64,000 nt of DNA from Minisyncoccota bacterium (GTDB lineage: Bacteria > Patescibacteriota > Minisyncoccia > Phycocordibacterales > UBA5272). This document shows, one piece after another, positions 49,725 through 59,310 of the stretch. Positions within the stretch are counted from its first letter, which is position 1. Every line of letters begins with the position of its first letter. The stretch spans positions 47,655 to 111,654 of the forward strand of contig JAGORG010000003.1 in NCBI GenBank assembly GCA_018062965.1, read 5' to 3'. Both the position numbers and the translations under genes were made by a program. A model generated the notes under the pieces. It did no database searches. It was not told where the DNA came from and saw only the letters and a program-made list of their open reading frames with translations.

Positions 49725-49863
49725 ACTGTTTGTAAAGCATCTCCCACAATGCTCCACTAGCACCCATTATACTCCACTTAACTTTCAATATCCTAGGAAA
49801 AGGCTGTGGATAGCCAAAAAGATGTGCAGCGCGAAGAAAAGCATGATTCATTCTGTTCCTGTC

Positions 49864-49908
49864 CTGAATATTAAAAACCGACGTATTACGTCGGTTTTTA
49901 ATATTCAG
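49864..49908. repeat. Perfect 20-bp inverted repeat with 5-nt loop (CTGAATATTAAAAACCGACG tatta CGTCGGTTTTTAATATTCAG). Core acts as the lysS terminator.
   Basis: Read from the sequence. GC core CCGACG/CGTCGG flanked by A5/T5. Confidence 0.75.
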
Positions 49909-50030
49909 CTTTAGGCTTATCTTATCTTATTAAGCAAAAAATACTTAAGATTTGAGGCACGGAGAAACGAGCGAAGAAAACGTAGGTAAGACTACGTTGA
50001 TGAGCGAGAGAGGCTCCGTAACAAAAAAGA

Positions 50031-51488
50031 TTAAATATTTTTTGGCTTAATAAGCGGGAACATTGTGACTTCTCGTATAGGCTTATCAACCAAAAACGCA
50101 AAGAGTCGTTCTCCAAATCCAAATCCACATGTCGGCGGCATGCCGTGTTCGAGCATTTCGACAAATGAATCATCTGACATCATCGCTTCTTCGTCCCCTC
50201 CAGCAAGTAACTCTTGCTGCTTTTCAAAACGAGCACGCTGATCAATTGGGTCGTTTAACTCAGAATATCCATTTCCTATCTCTGCGCCTGCTAAAATAGG
50301 TTGAAACTTTTGCACAGTCTCTCCATCCGGATTTGCTTTTGCAAGCGGAGAAGTGATGCGTGGATGATTAACCAAAAATGCAGGACCAGCGATGTTCTTT
50401 CGGCAGTATTTCCACAACGTATCAATAAGGCGTTCCTGGTTTACCCCATCATACTTAATCTTAAGCTCCTCCGCTTTTGCGACAAGTTCTTCAAGAGATG
50501 CTGTTGTAATATCAACCCCTGTTTGACGAAGCACTTCATCACGGTAATCAATTCGCTTCCACTCATCTGCCAAGTTAAATGTGTGGCCACGAGTTGTGAA
50601 TGTAGTAGTTCCAAAAACTTCTTCAGCGATTTTCTTATAGAGCTCCTCTACAAGTTTCATGCCATCTTCATAATCTGAGTAGGCCATATAAAATTCGCAG
50701 TTAGTAAATTCCTGCACATGTTCTGGGGATGATCCTTCATTTCTATACACACGACCAATTTCAAATGTACGAGGAAATCCAGCGGCCATCAGACGCTTCT
50801 GCCAAAGTTCACCAACAGAGATACGCATGAACACATCCAAATCAAAATCATGATGGTGTGTAGCAAAAGGACGAGCTTCTGCCCCACCTGTTGTTACTTC
50901 AATCGTTGGTGTTTCAACTTCCAAGAATTTCTTATCTTTCAAAAATGTACGAACCACATCCCAAAACTTTGCCTTCTTTTCAAAAAGCTCTCGCAACTCT
51001 GGATTAGTAAGAATATCCAAATACCGTTCACGCATGCGAAGCTCTTCATCTTGAATACCGTGATATTTATCTGGAAGAGGAAGAAGTGCTTTTGAAAGCA
51101 TTTCAACATTTGTCACAAGGATACTTTCCTGTCCTGCTTTTGTAGTAAAGAGTGTTCCTGTTACTTCAATAAAGTCCCCAGTATCAACATAGTCTTTATA
51201 AAACTGAAGCACGTCTTCTGGAGATTCAGGTAACTTGATAACAGCTTGAAGCTTTGCTGTTCCGTCATAAAGATCGATGAACGCAAGCGCTCCCTGTCCA
51301 CGAGACGCCATCACACGCCCTGCAAGGATAATCTGCGCACCGCCATCTTGAAGCGCAGTAAATGTGCGCACCACATCCGAGATGTCGTGAGTCTTACGAG
51401 AAACTGCAGGATACCCCACTTTTCCAAGTGCTTGTAGTGCTTCTAATTTTTTGAGACGCTCATCGCGCAGTTCAGATAATGATGCCAT
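50031..51488 (-). CDS. lysS: Lysine--tRNA ligase (class II)
   Basis: N-terminal OB fold and class II motifs 1-3 (GFGFGERL). Confidence 0.85.
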   Translation of the reverse strand: MASLSELRDERLKKLEALQALGKVGYPAVSRKTHDISDVVRTFTALQDGGAQIILAGRVMASRGQGALAFIDLYDGTAKLQAVIKLPESPEDVLQFYKDYVDTGDFIEVTGTLFTTKAGQESILVTNVEMLSKALLPLPDKYHGIQDEELRMRERYLDILTNPELRELFEKKAKFWDVVRTFLKDKKFLEVETPTIEVTTGGAEARPFATHHHDFDLDVFMRISVGELWQKRLMAAGFPRTFEIGRVYRNEGSSPEHVQEFTNCEFYMAYSDYEDGMKLVEELYKKIAEEVFGTTTFTTRGHTFNLADEWKRIDYRDEVLRQTGVDITTASLEELVAKAEELKIKYDGVNQERLIDTLWKYCRKNIAGPAFLVNHPRITSPLAKANPDGETVQKFQPILAGAEIGNGYSELNDPIDQRARFEKQQELLAGGDEEAMMSDDSFVEMLEHGMPPTCGFGFGERLFAFLVDKPIREVTMFPLIKPKNI

Positions 51489-51529
51489 ATATAAACGATT
51501 ATATCACAAACTGATTATACGTTTCTAAG

Positions 51530-51556
51530 AAAAACCCGCACACTGTGCGGGTTTTG
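51530..51556 (-). terminator. Intrinsic terminator after greA
   Basis: CCCGCAC-ACT-GTGCGGG with T-run. Confidence 0.55.
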
Positions 51557-51569
51557 TCTTTATGATGCT

Positions 51570-52025
51570 TTAAGCAATTTTTTTGATTGTGTACACCATT
51601 TCTCCTTTCGGAGCGCTCACCGTTGCAGTGTCTCCTGCTTTCTTTCCAAGAAGCGCTTGCCCAAGTGGAGATTCGTTTGAAATCTTTCCTTCAAGTGAGT
51701 TTGCTTCTTCACTTCCTACAAGCGTAAACGTTTTTTCTTCTTTATCTCCTTTTTTAGTGACAATTACTGTCGCACCAACTTCAACCGTACCTGCATGATG
51801 CTTGTCCATAATGACAGCATTTTTGAGAATTTGCTCAACATGGCCAATACGATCTTCGCAGTTAGCTTGATCTTCTCGCGCCTGATGATATTCAGCGTTT
51901 TCAGAAAGGTCACCGAGAGACTTTGCATACTCAAGAGCATCTGCAATTTCCTTACGGCGAACTGTTTTTAAGTGATTGAGCTCGTTTTCAAGCTCTATTT
52001 TCTTTTCAGGTGTTAAATATTCCAT
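51570..52025 (-). CDS. greA: Transcription elongation factor GreA
   Basis: N-terminal coiled coil plus FKBP-like C-terminal domain. Confidence 0.85.
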   Translation of the reverse strand: MEYLTPEKKIELENELNHLKTVRRKEIADALEYAKSLGDLSENAEYHQAREDQANCEDRIGHVEQILKNAVIMDKHHAGTVEVGATVIVTKKGDKEEKTFTLVGSEEANSLEGKISNESPLGQALLGKKAGDTATVSAPKGEMVYTIKKIA

Positions 52026-52111
52026 TGCGGACTATTTTACCATGTAATCAACCCCTCGTCGAGTATTACAGCTTTGATTAGATAATAAAGACAGTCATCA
52101 CCCAGAAAGCT

Positions 52112-53803
52112 TTATTTTGTATATTCTGTATTATCTCGCATCCACTCGATCGTCTCACGGGCAGCAAACACTGCACCTTGCAAGATATGCACATCGCCTT
52201 TTTCCATAATAATAACAAAGGCGTACTTTGGATTCTCGTATGGGAAATACCCACTAATCCATGAGTTAATCAAATCTTTCTTTACACCAAGTTCAGCAGT
52301 TCCTGACTTTGAAGCAACTGACACTCCTGGAATTTGAAGCACCCTCCCTGTTCCGTCAAGCACTCCCTGGCGCATCCCTTCGGTAATAACTCGCAGATCT
52401 TGTGGATCAAGATCAAGATCAACTTTTTCTCCCTCTTTACCTAAAAGTGTGTGTGGAGTTACTAGATACCCTCCGTTTGCAAGAGACGCAATTCCTCGTA
52501 TGAGTTCAAGTGGGGTAAGTTGAAATCCATACTGACCGATTGATGTGTGGTATGTGTTACCGAGTAACCAATCCTCTCCAAAAACTTCTTTCTTCCATTC
52601 AGGGGTAGGGATGGTTCCAGATTTTTCGTTTGGCAAGTCAATTCCTGTTGTTGTACCAAACCCAAACATACGTGCATACTCATCGATACGTACTATACCA
52701 AGTCCCGGCTGATCCATATACCCACCACCAACTTGATAAAAATATTCATCGGACGATACAGCGAGTGCTTCACGCATATCTACATATCCATGAGCCTTCC
52801 AGTCTTTAAACACAGTATCTGGTCCACCGTACTTGTTTTTTATAACGAGCGCTCCAGAACTAAAAATATTTTTTTCTGGAGTAATAATACCTTCCATGAG
52901 TGCAGCTATCGCAACGAATGGTTTAACTGTTGAGCCTGGAGTAAACACACCAGAGACGGCGCGGTTAAGAAACTTTTTTGCAGAACTCTGAAGGTCAGAT
53001 GTGACCCGTGCTTTTTCTTCTGAAGAAGAGGCATTTGTCATGATGTTGTTGCTGTATTCTGGATAACTCGTAAGCGCGAGCACCTCTCCTGTGTGAATAT
53101 CCATAATAACCCCAGCACCTCCTGTGTACCCAACACGATGAGCAAGAGAAGCGATACTCTCATAGAGCTTAGCCTGTACACCTGCATCAATGGTGAGTTT
53201 GATATTTTCTCCGTGCATAGGGTCAATCGTGACGTTTTCTGCTTCAACCTCTTGATGAGCATTGATAGCTATTACCTTTTCTCCTGCAACGCCTTGTAAT
53301 TTTTGTTGATAGATTTTTTCTATGCCATCTTTTCCTAGGTACTCATCCTGCCAAAAAATACCGCTACTATCTTTTTTTGGATAACTTACATATCCAAGAA
53401 CATGAGAGAAGCCAGAGGTCTCAGTGTATCTACGCTTTGGAATGTCCCCGACACCGGATGTTCCATCATTCCACGCAAGTAACTCTCCATTTCTATCTGA
53501 GATGGTGCCACGATGAGCAAAAATAGGTGTACTACGTAAGTGATTCTTGTCTGATTTTTCTTGATACGAGTCACCTTGTACGATTTGCATGCTAAATAGT
53601 CTTCCAGAAAAAGCCAAAAAGAGTGCAACGCACCCGATGAGGAATACATAACTCATATACATTGGAAGTGGTTTTTCCAAGTGACCTTCTAGCTGATCGA
53701 CGTTGAATGTCGGGATATTACGCGCATCCAAAAATACATCTTCTGGGTCTATCTCAAAAGAAGCTTGTTTACTAATACGGCGTGCGAAGATGCGGCGAAA
53801 CAT
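52112..53803 (-). CDS. mrdA: Penicillin-binding protein 2 (elongasome transpeptidase)
   Basis: STVKP (SxxK), SSD, KSGTAE. Downstream of mreBCD. Confidence 0.75.
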   Translation of the reverse strand: MFRRIFARRISKQASFEIDPEDVFLDARNIPTFNVDQLEGHLEKPLPMYMSYVFLIGCVALFLAFSGRLFSMQIVQGDSYQEKSDKNHLRSTPIFAHRGTISDRNGELLAWNDGTSGVGDIPKRRYTETSGFSHVLGYVSYPKKDSSGIFWQDEYLGKDGIEKIYQQKLQGVAGEKVIAINAHQEVEAENVTIDPMHGENIKLTIDAGVQAKLYESIASLAHRVGYTGGAGVIMDIHTGEVLALTSYPEYSNNIMTNASSSEEKARVTSDLQSSAKKFLNRAVSGVFTPGSTVKPFVAIAALMEGIITPEKNIFSSGALVIKNKYGGPDTVFKDWKAHGYVDMREALAVSSDEYFYQVGGGYMDQPGLGIVRIDEYARMFGFGTTTGIDLPNEKSGTIPTPEWKKEVFGEDWLLGNTYHTSIGQYGFQLTPLELIRGIASLANGGYLVTPHTLLGKEGEKVDLDLDPQDLRVITEGMRQGVLDGTGRVLQIPGVSVASKSGTAELGVKKDLINSWISGYFPYENPKYAFVIIMEKGDVHILQGAVFAARETIEWMRDNTEYTK

Positions 53804-53942
53804 AGAGTATTAGAATCACTATAGCACAAAAACCAAGTGTCAAAATGGGTAGCGTTCCATTACCTAAAGAGATATCAAAAAAGAAAACGAGCACCCCAAT
53901 GACAAATGTTCCTCCGTATATTTTTAGAGTATTACTCGACAT
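53772..53942 (-). CDS. Small hydrophobic ORF in the mreD position (possible reduced MreD)
   Basis: Positional only. 56 aa from MSSNTL; overlaps neighbours. Confidence 0.2.
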   Translation of the reverse strand: MSSNTLKIYGGTFVIGVLVFFFDISLGNGTLPILTLGFCAIVILILYVSPHLRTPY

Positions 53943-54705
53943 AAAATGTATGGGAGTTACTTGGATTATACACACCCCGAACATCCAGCCGAAGAGCGAC
54001 ATCCTGAGGGTCATTTTCAATACGAACAATAGTCCCAAGAATCATTGTTGGATCACTTTCGAGATATACAGCCATACCTTCTGTTGGGGTAAGCGTCTTT
54101 GGCATAATCGCAGTAAATGAGCCACCTCCTGCTCCGTCTAAGGTAAACGCGAGCGAGAGCTCTGGGATGACACCTCGAACACTAGAACCAGATGCTGAAT
54201 ACAGTGACACGAGTGATGTTTTTTTGTGAACCTGTGTGATGGTACCAACCACTTGTCGACCGCGAAGATATACCTTGGAACCCTCAATCACACCATCAAC
54301 AAAACCTTTCGAAATAAGAACTGTGTCATAGATACCTGTCATGTCCTCTATAATCGGATATGCGCGAATAGCTATGTTTTCTACAGCTGTGGTACTAGCA
54401 GACACCTCTCCTTCAGTTCGTGTGTATATTGCAACAACGTTTTCCAAACGTTCAATCTCACGTTCTAGATATGTAATCTTTTCTTCATACACGTTTCGTG
54501 ATGTAAAGTACGAAGCAATAGTATGTGGTATACCCATGACCCCGTCACGAGAAGACGCATATGTCTCTACAACTGGTAATGTCACCGGAGAAACCTCAAC
54601 AACAATATACTTCCAAAAAAATGTAAGTCCGGCGGCGATAACAAAAATACCAATCACAGTTTTAAAACGCGTATTTTGTTTTCTTTTATCTGAAAGATAT
54701 GTCAT
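53932..54705 (-). CDS. mreC: Rod shape-determining protein MreC
   Basis: N-terminal TM, coiled coil, beta-rich C-terminal domain. Directly downstream of mreB. Start uncertain. Confidence 0.55.
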   Translation of the reverse strand: MTYLSDKRKQNTRFKTVIGIFVIAAGLTFFWKYIVVEVSPVTLPVVETYASSRDGVMGIPHTIASYFTSRNVYEEKITYLEREIERLENVVAIYTRTEGEVSASTTAVENIAIRAYPIIEDMTGIYDTVLISKGFVDGVIEGSKVYLRGRQVVGTITQVHKKTSLVSLYSASGSSVRGVIPELSLAFTLDGAGGGSFTAIMPKTLTPTEGMAVYLESDPTMILGTIVRIENDPQDVALRLDVRGVYNPSNSHTFYVE

Positions 54706-55741
54706 CTGTATTTTGTACGAGCACGTCTTTATATAATGGCAAATCTTCAAGGATGATTCCAGTACCTCGCGCAACACATGTAAGTGGATCATCTGCTATG
54801 GTTACTGGTACTTTGAGTTGCATTTCAAAAAGTTCTGGGAGGTTACGGATAAGTGCACCACCTCCAGAAATACTAATACCTTTATGCATAATATCTGCAA
54901 GTACCTCAGGTGGTGTTGTCTCCAAAACTTCTTTAATGGCTTCAACAAGTTGCGATAACGGTCCATACATTGCTTCTCGAATATCAATATCGGTGATGAT
55001 AGCTTCTCGAGGAAGACCAGTGACGAGGTCGCGACCCTTCACGGTCATCTCTTCAGCTTCTTCACCAGGCAATGCAGAACCAATTGTCATCTTAATATGC
55101 TCCGCAGTTTTTTCACCGATAAGCATTTTGAACTCGTCACGCATATACGCGACGATATTGTTGTTCATCAAATCCCCCGCGACTTTAAGTGACTTTGCAC
55201 GCACCACACCCCCGAGAGCTATCACTGCGATATCTGTAGTTCCTCCACCGATATCCACAATCATGCTTCCAACTGGTTCATGAATTGGCATACGTACCCC
55301 TATCGCTGCTGCCATTGGCTCTTCTACTATATACACTTCACGTGCACCAGCTGATTTTGCAGCATCATACACCGCTCGCATTTCTACGTTAGTAACCCCT
55401 ACAGGAATACCCACAACCACTCGCGGTCGAAAGATTTTTTTATCGATGTCATTTGCTTTGTTGATTAAATACGAAAGCATCTCTTCGGTTACTTCATAGT
55501 CTGAAATAACACCATCAACAAGTGGTCGCACGATACGAATATGTGAGGGCGTTCGCCCCATCATGTCTTTTGCTTCACGACCAACTGCAACCACACGATT
55601 TGTTTTTGCGTTAAGTGCAACAACTGACGGTTCGTCAATCACAATACCTCGTCCGCGGAGATAGACGAGTGTATTTGCAGTCCCTAAATCAATACCGATA
55701 TCATTGGAGAAATTACGGAAAAATCGTTCAAACATAGGCAC
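54686..55741 (-). CDS. mreB: Rod shape-determining protein MreB (actin homolog)
   Basis: IGIDLGTANTLVY, DIGGGTTD. Confidence 0.85.
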   Translation of the reverse strand: MPMFERFFRNFSNDIGIDLGTANTLVYLRGRGIVIDEPSVVALNAKTNRVVAVGREAKDMMGRTPSHIRIVRPLVDGVISDYEVTEEMLSYLINKANDIDKKIFRPRVVVGIPVGVTNVEMRAVYDAAKSAGAREVYIVEEPMAAAIGVRMPIHEPVGSMIVDIGGGTTDIAVIALGGVVRAKSLKVAGDLMNNNIVAYMRDEFKMLIGEKTAEHIKMTIGSALPGEEAEEMTVKGRDLVTGLPREAIITDIDIREAMYGPLSQLVEAIKEVLETTPPEVLADIMHKGISISGGGALIRNLPELFEMQLKVPVTIADDPLTCVARGTGIILEDLPLYKDVLVQNTDDISFR

Positions 55742-55837
55742 AGTCTAGCACTTTTATGAACGAGCGTATTTATTGACTTTAACTAAATACGTGACATAAT
55801 ACGGCCAACCTAGTTCATATTTTTGAGGAGAATAGAC

Positions 55838-56287
55838 ATGACACATGGTACGCAGCAATACAGCAAAGCAGATCTTGAAGAGATTGCCACCACTATCTCC
55901 AAGATGCTCACACAAAGAAATTTTTTCGAAAGCAGATGGGTCGACTTCGTCAACAAACATCTTTGGATAAAAGACACGTTTGCAGTCATAGCAAAGCAAA
56001 AAAACCTGGAAGACTTATTCCGTAAGAAAAACCAGAACCCACGAGAAGAAGCCTACATTGGCAAAACGTCGCCACCATCTGCAGAACTAAAAAAATGTAA
56101 CGCCTGGGACAAAGTCCTTATGCAAAACTACCGAGGGACACGATATGGAAAAGTTCTAACCCTTTCGTTCAAGCTTTCTCAAACCTGTTATGACAGAGTG
56201 TGGGGAATTCATATTCCAAATCGATTCCACTTTGCTGAAGTTTCGGCTGGGGTTTACGAGTGTGTTGGTTTCCACTACCAGAATTAA
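55838..56287 (+). CDS. Hypothetical 149-aa protein
   Basis: GAGGAG 7 nt upstream of ATG. Terminator after the stop. Confidence 0.45.
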   Translation: MTHGTQQYSKADLEEIATTISKMLTQRNFFESRWVDFVNKHLWIKDTFAVIAKQKNLEDLFRKKNQNPREEAYIGKTSPPSAELKKCNAWDKVLMQNYRGTRYGKVLTLSFKLSQTCYDRVWGIHIPNRFHFAEVSAGVYECVGFHYQN

Positions 56288-56291
56288 ACCA

Positions 56292-56321
56292 AGCCCGACG
56301 CATTGCGTCGGGCTTTTCTTT
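56292..56321 (+). terminator. Intrinsic terminator (GCCCGACG-CATTG-CGTCGGGC + T-run)
   Basis: 8-bp perfect stem. Confidence 0.6.
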
Positions 56322-56341
56322 GTCTAATTACAATCTAGATC

Positions 56342-57622
56342 CTACTCACAGTTTGGTGTATAGGTTTTCAGGAGTTGCTCAACGGTTATGATTTCTGATT
56401 GATCACTGGTTCTCTCTTTGATTTCTACCCCGCCTTTTTCGAGAGATTTATCTGAGACCACTACACGCATTGGAATACCGATCAAATCACTATCTGCAAA
56501 TTTACTTCCTGCTCCTTCGTCGCGATCATCAAACAACACTTCTACCCCGGCTTGAGTGAGCTTTGTATACACATCTTCCGCAAGCTTTGAAGCTTCACTA
56601 TCTTTATCCTTTGAAATTGCAATGAGATGAAGTGAAAATGGTGCAATAGCTGCCGGCCATACGAGACCCTTTTCATCAGCTAACTTCTCAATGACAACCC
56701 CCATAATACGAGATGGACCAATACCGTAACATCCCATATATGGAAACTTTTTAGTGCCGTCCTGATCCGTATATCTGTAGTCCAACACCTCTGTATACTT
56801 TGTGTCGAGTGGGAAAATATTTCCAACTTCGCACGCTGCTACTTGTTCCATTTGACTGAAATCAACTCCGAGCTTTTTCGCAGTCTCGTCATTTACTACC
56901 TCTTTATTGTAGGCAATGTTATTTTTACGGTCCAAGTAAATAACATCCTCTCCTACATCAACAAGTGTCTGAAACTCGTGGGAGAAGTTCGGCGTAAAGT
57001 CTCCACCTGAAGCAACGGTAATGAACGTATCATCACCGATACCAATGTCTCGATAGATATTCATGTATACAGGTTTTATTTCTTCGTAGTAACGCATAAG
57101 ATCGTTCTGATCTCTGTGGAAACTGTACAAATCCTTCATACGAAACTCACGGCCACGAAGAAGTCCTGACTTTGCACGAGCTTCGTTTCTGAATTTTGTC
57201 TGAATCTGGTAGAACGCAGCTGGTAAATCTTTATATGACTGCAGATACTCAGCAGCAAGCGGGGTAATCATGTCTTCGTGGGTTGGATTAATAATGTACG
57301 AGTTAGAACTTTTTTGTTTTGAAACTTCGTTAGCTGGACCTGTTCGCATAAGCACATCCACTGTGTCGAGTCGATTAGTATTCTTCCAATACTCTTCAGG
57401 AGAAAGTGTTGTCATTAGAAGTTCAGTTCCAACTGTGTCCATATGTCTACGCACAATGTCTTCTATTTTCTTGAGCACACGAAGACCAAGTGGGAGAAAC
57501 GTATACACCCCCGCCATTTCTTTGTGAATAAATCCAGCACGAGTAAGTAAAATTGCGTTCTTTGAAACCTCGTCTGATGGGGCTTCACGCAGTGTTTTAG
57601 TATAGAGTTTTGACTGTCGCAT
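56342..57622 (-). CDS. proS: Proline--tRNA ligase, bacterial-type without the INS editing domain
   Basis: N-terminal MRQSKLYTKTLREAP...LTRAGFIHK. Motif 2 FRNEARAKSGLLRGREF. Motif 3 GCYGIGPSR. 426 aa. Confidence 0.8.
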   Translation of the reverse strand: MRQSKLYTKTLREAPSDEVSKNAILLTRAGFIHKEMAGVYTFLPLGLRVLKKIEDIVRRHMDTVGTELLMTTLSPEEYWKNTNRLDTVDVLMRTGPANEVSKQKSSNSYIINPTHEDMITPLAAEYLQSYKDLPAAFYQIQTKFRNEARAKSGLLRGREFRMKDLYSFHRDQNDLMRYYEEIKPVYMNIYRDIGIGDDTFITVASGGDFTPNFSHEFQTLVDVGEDVIYLDRKNNIAYNKEVVNDETAKKLGVDFSQMEQVAACEVGNIFPLDTKYTEVLDYRYTDQDGTKKFPYMGCYGIGPSRIMGVVIEKLADEKGLVWPAAIAPFSLHLIAISKDKDSEASKLAEDVYTKLTQAGVEVLFDDRDEGAGSKFADSDLIGIPMRVVVSDKSLEKGGVEIKERTSDQSEIITVEQLLKTYTPNCE

Positions 57623-57652
57623 ATGAATCTTAGTATATAGTAATGCCTAAAG

Positions 57653-58825
57653 TTACACCATTATATCTTTTATGGTTACTACGATGACCAGAATAATGAG
57701 CAGGATGATACCAACAGCGTTTGAGCCTGCGAGATATTTGTACGGAAGCTTTCGGCGAACAAGTGCTTCACCGACAACAATCACAAATCGCCCACCATCA
57801 AGCGCTGGAATAGGTAATGCGTTAAATATCGCAAGGTTAATAGAGAGGATTGCAACGAGTGTAAGCAACGCCTCTATTCCATATGTACTTGTATTGGTAA
57901 CGATGCGTGCGATTCCTATCGGACCAGAAAGAGATTCAATGACATTTTCTCCTTGGAAAATACTTTTTACGAGTTCACCGAGAGCGGCAAGTGTGAGTGT
58001 AGTAAACGATACTGTTTTTTCGGTACCTAATGATATCGCTTCAAGGGGTGTTGTTGTAACAACCCCGCGTACATCAAATGTTACCCCTATCGCTTTTTTG
58101 TTTGGCACAAGTCCATAGACCGCAGCGATAACTGTGTCATGTTTAGCTCCGTCTGGTGTGACGTATTCTATAGCGAGCGGGTCATGTTGATGATCTGCAA
58201 TAAACTTAATGGCAGATGTTGCAGTGGTGAGTGTCGCCTGTGTTTGACCATTGCCAAGCGATGTGACGACAGATCCAGGTACGATACCTGCCTTAAATGC
58301 AGGGCTCTCAGGATGAGCATCTACAACCATGAGAACTGTGTTTGTGGCGCGTGCTCCATATACTGGATCGTCTACACTTACTTGTACATTCCCATATGAA
58401 AGCCCGATAAAAATAGCAAGCGCAAGCACCATGTTCATAATAACCCCAGCAGAAAGCGTTACGAGCTGTGCCCACACCGGGCGATTACCAAATGCTCGAG
58501 GATCGCGCTTTGCTTCATCGTGTTCACTATTTTCACCATAAATAGATACATACCCACCGAGCGGTAAAGCATTGATAGCGTATGTAGTTTCGCCATACTT
58601 CTTTCCATATATGCGCGGTGGAAATCCTACTGCAAATTCGTCCACTCGCATGCCTGTGAGTTTAGCTGCGATAAAATGTCCAAACTCATGAACAACTACG
58701 AGCACAAGCAAGATAACAAAAAAGAGAACAATAGGCCCTTTGCCGAAAATAATCAGTGCAGAAATACTGGCAACAAGGACAATAATATCTAAACGAAAAG
58801 GAAACTTTGAAAGAAGATTACGCAT
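57653..58825 (-). CDS. rseP: RIP metalloprotease RseP/site-2 protease (M50)
   Basis: HEFGHF (HExxH) in TM1, PDZ domain, LDGG motif. Confidence 0.8.
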   Translation of the reverse strand: MRNLLSKFPFRLDIIVLVASISALIIFGKGPIVLFFVILLVLVVVHEFGHFIAAKLTGMRVDEFAVGFPPRIYGKKYGETTYAINALPLGGYVSIYGENSEHDEAKRDPRAFGNRPVWAQLVTLSAGVIMNMVLALAIFIGLSYGNVQVSVDDPVYGARATNTVLMVVDAHPESPAFKAGIVPGSVVTSLGNGQTQATLTTATSAIKFIADHQHDPLAIEYVTPDGAKHDTVIAAVYGLVPNKKAIGVTFDVRGVVTTTPLEAISLGTEKTVSFTTLTLAALGELVKSIFQGENVIESLSGPIGIARIVTNTSTYGIEALLTLVAILSINLAIFNALPIPALDGGRFVIVVGEALVRRKLPYKYLAGSNAVGIILLIILVIVVTIKDIMV

Positions 58826-58857
58826 GAAAAAAGTATATCATACAAGAGAATCTACGT

Positions 58858-58886
58858 TTGACAAAAGTGTATATATAGTGTATAAT
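58858..58886 (+). promoter_or_regulatory. Perfect consensus sigma70 promoter TTGACA-17-TATAAT
   Basis: -35 at 58858-58863 and -10 at 58881-58886. AAGGAG RBS at 58930-58935. Confidence 0.6.
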
Positions 58887-58942
58887 ATAACTTGAGTATT
58901 TCACTCAGTTGTTGTTTTTAAATCACCTCAAGGAGCTCCCTC

Positions 58943-59254
58943 ATGAAGAACTTGTTCCTGGCTGCGGCCATTGCATTGTCAGCCGCTTCGACTGCCGCGC
59001 AGACAACCTTTGCGGGCACCGCAGCACCTGCCATGTCCGAAGTGATGACCATCATGACGCCAGGCGGTGTCATGATCACGATCTCAACGATCCGCGAGTA
59101 CCGTCCGCCGAACATTGTGTACCAGGTACCCGAATACCGTCCGGCGGCGCCGATGGTATACGAAAACCTGCCCCCGACGTTCAGCTACAGCAAGCCGGAG
59201 CCGAGGAAGAGTTTGAGGTGTGACCCCTGCTCGGTCACGACACCCAAGAACTGA
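58943..59254 (+). CDS. GC-rich gene for a 103-aa secreted Pro/Tyr-rich protein (signal peptide MKNLFLAAAIALSAASTAAQ)
   Basis: Local GC is about 58% against about 40% background. Mature region has EYRP repeats and a C-terminal CDPC. Confidence 0.5.
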   Translation: MKNLFLAAAIALSAASTAAQTTFAGTAAPAMSEVMTIMTPGGVMITISTIREYRPPNIVYQVPEYRPAAPMVYENLPPTFSYSKPEPRKSLRCDPCSVTTPKN

Positions 59255-59273
59255 TCTCCAGTTCGCAACACAA

Positions 59274-59301
59274 AAGCCAACGCTGCGCGTCGGCTTTTTT
59301 C
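59274..59301. terminator. Intrinsic terminator (imperfect GCC-AACGC-TGC-GCGT-C-GGC + T6)
   Basis: Between convergent 58943 gene and frr. Confidence 0.45.
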
Positions 59302-59310
59302 TTTTCATAT

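Noticed and set aside
53772-54038. Full 88-aa ORF as MreD.
   Set aside because: Overlaps mreC by more than 100 nt. Only the distal 56 codons are plausibly independent, and even those are far shorter than MreD, hence low confidence.
58900-59300. GC-rich island as a structured RNA gene (RNase P RNA, tmRNA, 6S).
   Set aside because: No GGAAAGUCCGG / ACAGAA-CCGGCUUA RNase P boxes, no tmRNA tag-reading frame or T-arm/CCA end. Instead a clean signal peptide in frame behind an AAGGAG RBS.
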